Shown here piece after piece: positions 58,435 through 64,000 of a DNA stretch of 64,000 nt. Position numbers and translations under genes: made by a program. The notes beneath the pieces are model-generated. The model was not told the DNA's origin. It searched no databases and was given only the letters and a program-made list of their open reading frames with translations. Numbering within the stretch: position 1 is the stretch's first letter; each line of letters starts with the position of its first letter. The DNA comes from Centroscyllium fabricii (lineage: Eukaryota): assembly GCA_051313645.2 (NCBI GenBank), contig JBNRSN020000024.1, forward strand, positions 59,644,001-59,708,000. The letters run 5' to 3'.

Positions 58435-59811
58435 CTTTAAAGGGATGCAGCTCCAGCTTAGTAGACTAATATATTGGCCCGGATTTTGCGGTAAAACTAA
58501 CGGTGAGGCTATCAACGCTCACGGTTATTAAAGAGTAAATCAGACAGCAGCCACACGTCCGCAGTTAAACACGGAAATCGGGAAGCTGCTGTCTGAGTTG
58601 TCTAGCTCCTCCAGAAGCTTCACTATACCAGTATCTTGGCGAAAGACCCGCCCGTGAAATGTGTGAAGTTGCTAAACTTATCCGCTAGATACCCACTAAA
58701 CTCGCCAGTAAAAGTTAGGGCTTGCCCATTCTAGTGTGAGTGGATTTTTGACTGCCAAATGACCTCTCTGGCCCTGAAAATTAACTTTTACAAAGTGTGG
58801 TGCCTCATTTCCTCAGCTTTTAATTATTGTTGGAGATTTAACAAAAATTCTTTGTCTTTTGTTGCTTTCTCTTAATCCTATCTGTGCAGATGTGCACCCA
58901 CGCACCTTAGGGGGAACATTGATGGTGTATTAAGGACATTGAACACAACTGAATGCTTCTACACATGAATGAACTGGGACTAAGCCTTTTCTCTTTTGTT
59001 GCTTTAAAAAAAAAACGAATTAATTATCTTAAAATTCTACTCCAGCTATTTGCTAAGATTCAAATCTTGCTTTCACTGGTTTAGAAATGTCTGGTTGATT
59101 GAAGCTCCAGATAGGCTTCTAAACGTTCCACATGGGCTTTGAAATGAAGCTGGTTTGACTGTCTCGCATTCTGCTCCTGAAAGCTTTTTTTGCATGCACT
59201 GTATCTTTCAGCTGACGAGCACTGATTTTGAACCATTTTCACGGAATAGTTTTTATTTCCTGGATGTTCTTCACCAGATGGTCTTTTCCCCCCCCAAACT
59301 TTTTTTCTGCCTCTCGTAAAGCACTAACTGATGCTGGGTAGGATTCAATAGTTGCTGACAGGCCTTCGATACTTTGCTGATTCTTCATGCATCAGTCTAG
59401 ACGGCGTATCTCGGCAGGACATTCCACCATGGGGATATCCTAGCCCAACCTGAGTGTGTTCTCGGTGGAAATCCACACATGCGCACTTTCTAGCCAGGAT
59501 CAGTTGATACAAGTCAGGAGGTGCACTGCCCACACCCCCTGATGGTAGCCCACAATGCTGAGATCGCTGCTGATGATTCAGCTAGCTCAATTTGGGCTAG
59601 GGAATTAAACCAATCCCTTCCTGATCGATATAATTGGGTGCCTTTCTTAAGTTATGATTGGTTTTGCTGCTAGCCTCCAATTTAGGTTGAGGGACAGAGT
59701 GGAGCCTGAGACAGTAGTGTCTAAGGTCTTAGCAGATTTATAGACCGTGCTAATAACAGTACCTCTAACCTTGCTGAGCTGTGTAAAACACAAAAGAAAT
59801 TGGCTCACAAT

Positions 59812-60567
59812 GGCCCAGAAATTAGCCTTGGAGCCTTCCTGCGAGTGCAAGGCTCCAAGGTACACTTACCCTGCACTTTTGCCGTTTTGAAATTCTACGA
59901 TGTGAACTCCCGAGTTGTACAGCTGCCGAAAGTTCCAAGCGACCTACTGGTGCAACTGAACGGCGCAGTTAGTGGGAGATATCGTACGAGACCACGTGGT
60001 CGGCAGGGAGCCAATCAATGGAAGCAATCCTCCATTCATAACTTACACGGAGAAATCTGTCTAAGTTTTGAAAAGGAAGAGCTTCAAAAACACATCTAAA
60101 CACAAAAATAAAATTTAAAAAACACTTTTTTTAACAATACTCTAACATAAATTACCTATTTTAAAGAAAAAATAAAAATTTAGAAAAAAAATGTAACGTC
60201 TTTAACTGGCCTAAAAGAATACTTACCTGTCTTTAAAGTTTAAAAAAATAAAAACCTGTAAAAACAATACTTAAGTTCTATAAAATAAAGACTTACCTGC
60301 TAAAAACGGGTGCTTACGTCTGATATTTTTAAGTGTAAAATCTTCAATACTTACCCCAATAAAAAATTCGGGAAAAAATCGGAAGTGCACTGCGCACCTC
60401 CTGGTGCGCAGGCGAACGCAATCCAGCTCGCAGCAGCTCGCGACCCCCTGCTGGCTGCCATCGGAATTGCAGGTAGCAGCTGGAAACAGCTGCTCCCTGC
60501 GATTCGGAGCTCGGGTGCGCTTACACCCGGCTCCAAAACCTCCCGCGCTCATCGGGAGTTCTGGCTC
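59812..60567. mobile_element. Possible degenerate PIF/Harbinger-like non-autonomous element
   Basis: Imperfect termini GGCCCAGAAATT / AGTTCTGGCTC, CpG-rich arms and an AT-rich centre. Similar starts occur near 58477 and 63903. Confidence 0.35.
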
Positions 60568-60765
60568 GTTAACTTGCAAGCATACTGTAGTTTGCAGTTG
60601 AAGACCGGCAATTTGATAAACTGCCTGTTGTCTCCCCCTTTAATCTATATTCCCTCAATTACAACTGATGGCGCTTGTGTACGCCCATTTATTGCTTCAA
60701 TATTGTCAAGGCAAGCAGTCTGAAGTAGCAGAAACTAAAACCATTTGCATCATGTGTTTTTAAAG

Positions 60766-60903
60766 TGTTGTGGGATCAATTACTCGAAGGACGAATCCGC
60801 CTACAGAAAGCTCTTGTGACTGCCAATCAGCTTCCACAGCCAGACTCTTTGCCTACTTTCAAAAAGAAAGGCGGACCAGAATTTGCAACTGCTTTGAAGG
60901 ACA
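60766..60903 (+). CDS. AATF: AATF exon 4 (gene continues beyond the window)
   Basis: (V)[45 protein letters not shown]; donor GTAAGT; 138 nt. Confidence 0.93.
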
Positions 60904-61094
60904 GTAAGTTGTATTTAATTGTATGTTTTATGTGGATAATCATTTATCATGTTTGACCACTCCCAGATGGAGATTTTCATTACCTGTTGATACTGATTCC
61001 ATTTCTGACTCTGAGGATTTGCTGATTCCCCCGACAGATTTCACAGTCAAAAACCAGAACCAGGTTGGAATCCTCCCGAACGTATTGCTTGCGC

Positions 61095-61487
61095 TGCACG
61101 GTGGCACAGTGATTAGCACTGTTGTCTCACAGCACTGGAGACCCGGGTTCAAATCCGGCCTCGGGTGACTATCTGTGTGGAGTTTGCACATTCTCCCCGT
61201 GTCTGCGTGGGTTTCCTCCGGGTGCTCCGGTTTCCTCCCACAGTCCAAAGATGTGCGGGTTAGGTTGATTGGCCATGATAAATTGACCCTTAGTGTTGGG
61301 ATTGAATATGTGGGGTTACGGGGATAGGGTGGGATATGTGTCGGTGCAGGCTCGATAGGGATCGAGGGATATGGGAAGAGGGCAGGGCCGGGGTACTGGG
61401 TTCGGATGATCAGCCATGATCTCATTGAATGGCGGAGCAGGCTCGAAGGGCCGAATGGCCTACTCCTGCTCCTATCTTCTATGTTTC
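61095..61487 (+). mobile_element. HE1-type V-SINE, tail B
   Basis: Head, V-domain and tail as in the other copies. Confidence 0.86.
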
Positions 61488-62849
61488 CTTTCTTATTCTG
61501 TTGCTTGCCATTGATTCTTGAAACAATGTGGTCCTTGGAGTGTTGCAGCACTTCATCCTTTTATCAAGTGCCAACTCTTCCACTCATCAGTTGTGATGTT
61601 ACACTTGAGATTCTGGTTTAAGATGTATTTTATAATATTGCGCCCGTTGATATTTTATATTGTCTTCACCATGTCAGACACATTCCCCAGCTGAGCAGAC
61701 AAGATGAAGATCCAATAGATAGCCACTAAAGGTGCATAAGACAGGCAAGGTGAAAGAAAAAGGTTTGAGCTCGTAGTAAGGGACTCAAAGTGTAAGGATA
61801 TGTAAAAAAATCCAAATTTAAATAATTGCATGTAATATAGTGGCTTTGATTAATCTGGGCTTGAAGCAATAATTGATTTTGCAAATAAAATCTTTCGAGC
61901 GCATTAGTCAGTCTGCCTAGTCAGCAAAGTAGCCAAAAACATGCTAACCTTTAAAGGGTTCCGAATAATCTTGTGTTGATAAACCATATTTACTATGTAC
62001 TGCTTGCACAGTAAACGCACTGTATTTTTGGTGGTTTTATTTCAAGTGTGCAAATTCCTTTGGATTGAGCCCCTCAGCCACAGCTGAATGATGAAGCAGA
62101 GCGGAGCTTTTGAGTTTCAGCTTTACCATGTGTTGGATAAATGTGAAAGTCGGACTTTTGTAACCTGGCATTTTGATTGATGCACGCATTGTGTTGAAAG
62201 AAGGTGATTGGAAGGGTCAAACTGCATAATAATTATTTGACCTTGTTTGCAAAATGCATGTTGTTAACTTATTTAATGAGTTACATTACAAGCTGTGGAA
62301 AGTGCCATGTTTCATTACCGGCCAGCAATGCAATATCATTACAGAGGTATGGCAGAATAAACAGTTGGTGCTTTGACTCGTCAAATTAGTCAACTGTGTC
62401 CAATAATAAAAACAGCATGCACTGCAACTGAAAGTGTATTGTGAGGTAAACTGTTGTTGTATAATTGACAGCTTAGTGACTAAATTGCCAAATGGTGATA
62501 TGAAAAACCATTTCTGTAACAATATCATTTGACATGCTATAAACGGGCCTATTTTACACCTGGGGCCACCTTTAATGCCTTTCTATATGTCTTTATGACT
62601 CATTTTTCAAATTGTGTTTTGCTATTCAAACTGGTTTTGTATTTGTATGCAATACACGTATATTCAGAATGGACCTAGAAAATCCGGAGATGCTTTGATC
62701 AGGTGAGCGAGATTTGCAATTATATAGGCAGGAGAGTGAATTGCATAGTATCGTGCCGCAAAAAGTAACCCTCTAGTTACACAAGTCAACCTGGTCAATT
62801 GTCATGAATTTGTATACGTTCTATAGTCCCATTCCGTTGGACTGCAAAA

Positions 62850-63312
62850 GCCAGTGGCGTCACTGTGTGGTCTGGCAACACCACTGCTCAGGACAGGAAA
62901 GCCATCCAGAGGGTCGTGAGGACGGCAGAAAAATCATCGGGTGTGCACTTCCATCCATCGAGGAGATCTTCCAGACCAGGTGTCGGAACAAGGCCCGCTC
63001 CATCATCAAGGACCCCAATCACCCTGGGCACGATCTGTTCTCCCTCCTGCGGTCCGGCTGTCGGTACTGCAGCATCCGAACCAGGGCCAGCAGGTTCAAA
63101 AACAGTTTCTACCCACAGGCAGTGCGCCTACTGAACTGCTAACTGCACTCGTTACTTATTTGTTTATTTGATTATTATTTTTTCTCTATTTATACTTGTT
63201 TTTTTTTCACTTTTTACTTTTTGCTTTTCTACATTTATAATTGTGGGAGTGAATTGTAAGCATTCCATTGTACGAGTTACGCATGGCAATAAAATTATCT
63301 TGAATCTTGAAT
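62850..63312 (+). mobile_element. Rex1/Babar LINE 3' fragment
   Basis: IIKDPNHPGHDLFSLLRSG...FKNSFYPQAVRLLN, then AATAAA and a (TCTTGAA)n tail. Confidence 0.82.
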
Positions 63313-63679
63313 ACTCATCCAGTTTATGAAGAATTCCAGTTCCACAAATGAAAGTGGAAACTGTTATATACTTTGGAGTTTAAAGGGATCATGCATTGTC
63401 CGGGTTCAAACAACATTTCTAGTTTCTGAAACTGTCAATTATCTTGTGATTCTGGCAGTAATTCTGCCGGTCTCTGTATCTGCAAAGTGCAATGTTGTGT
63501 TCGGTACACTGACGTCCGCACCAAAGGAGCTCTGTGCACGTGTGTGTGGACGGGAGTGTCGCGCTCTGCATCCCAGATGGCTAATTTTAAATGTAAGAGA
63601 GAACGCACGGGAATGTAGACTTTCTACCAGTATTGAGAAGTATGTTTCTGTATAGATTTCAATTTGATTAGTATGATTT

Positions 63680-63895
63680 TAATCGCTCCACCATTGGTGG
63701 CTGTGTCTTCAGCTGCCAAGGCTCTAAACTCTGGTGTTCCCTCGCTAAACCTCTTCCTCTCTTTCTTCGTGAAGGCGCCCCTTAAAACCGACCTCTTTGA
63801 CCAAGCTTTTGGTCATCTGTCCTAATATCTCCTTATGAGGCACAATGTCAAATTTTGTTTTATAATGCTGCTGTGAAGCTCCTTTAGGATGTTTA
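63680..63895 (+). mobile_element. L2-like LINE 3' fragment
   Basis: TTCAGCTGCCAAGG...CTTAAAACCGACCTCTTTGACCAAGCTTTTGGTCA; homologous to the reverse copies at 3546 and 41178. Confidence 0.6.
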
Positions 63896-64000
63896 ATACA
63901 TTGGGCCAGAATTTCGGGTTTGCCGGTTGGTGGGGAACTAGGACCATGCGGATCCCTAACGAACCGCACCAACAAAGCACTTTTTTTACTCCCAGCATTT

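Overview
Vertebrate genomic DNA, almost certainly from a shark or other elasmobranch (inferred from its HE1-type V-SINEs, SacSINE1/Deu-SINEs and abundant CR1 LINEs). It contains a complete 5-exon LIM-homeobox gene LHX1 (+ strand, CDS 23490-35272, 408 aa) with a CpG-island promoter and a 3'UTR carrying two miR-30 sites. About 2.4 kb downstream are the promoter and first four coding exons of AATF (+ strand, from 38702), the same LHX1-AATF order as in human. The rest is dense in mobile elements: CR1, Rex1/Babar, RTE-X-like and L2-like LINE fragments, SINEs, pogo/Tigger-like and hAT MITEs, minisatellites, and two families of short, usually fold-back Penelope-like (PLE) insertions carrying minimal hammerhead ribozymes. 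The strongest unexpected signal is that three separate copies of one CR1 family each carry a structurally different PLE insertion at the same 12-14 bp duplicated target (TTCTTGAATGTT), while two other copies show the empty site. This suggests a site-preferring, ribozyme-bearing element that parasitises CR1. Two further PLE insertions fold back exactly at the ribozyme's palindromic stem III. Most ORFs in the supplied track are spurious. Family names come from recalled consensus sequences, not database searches.
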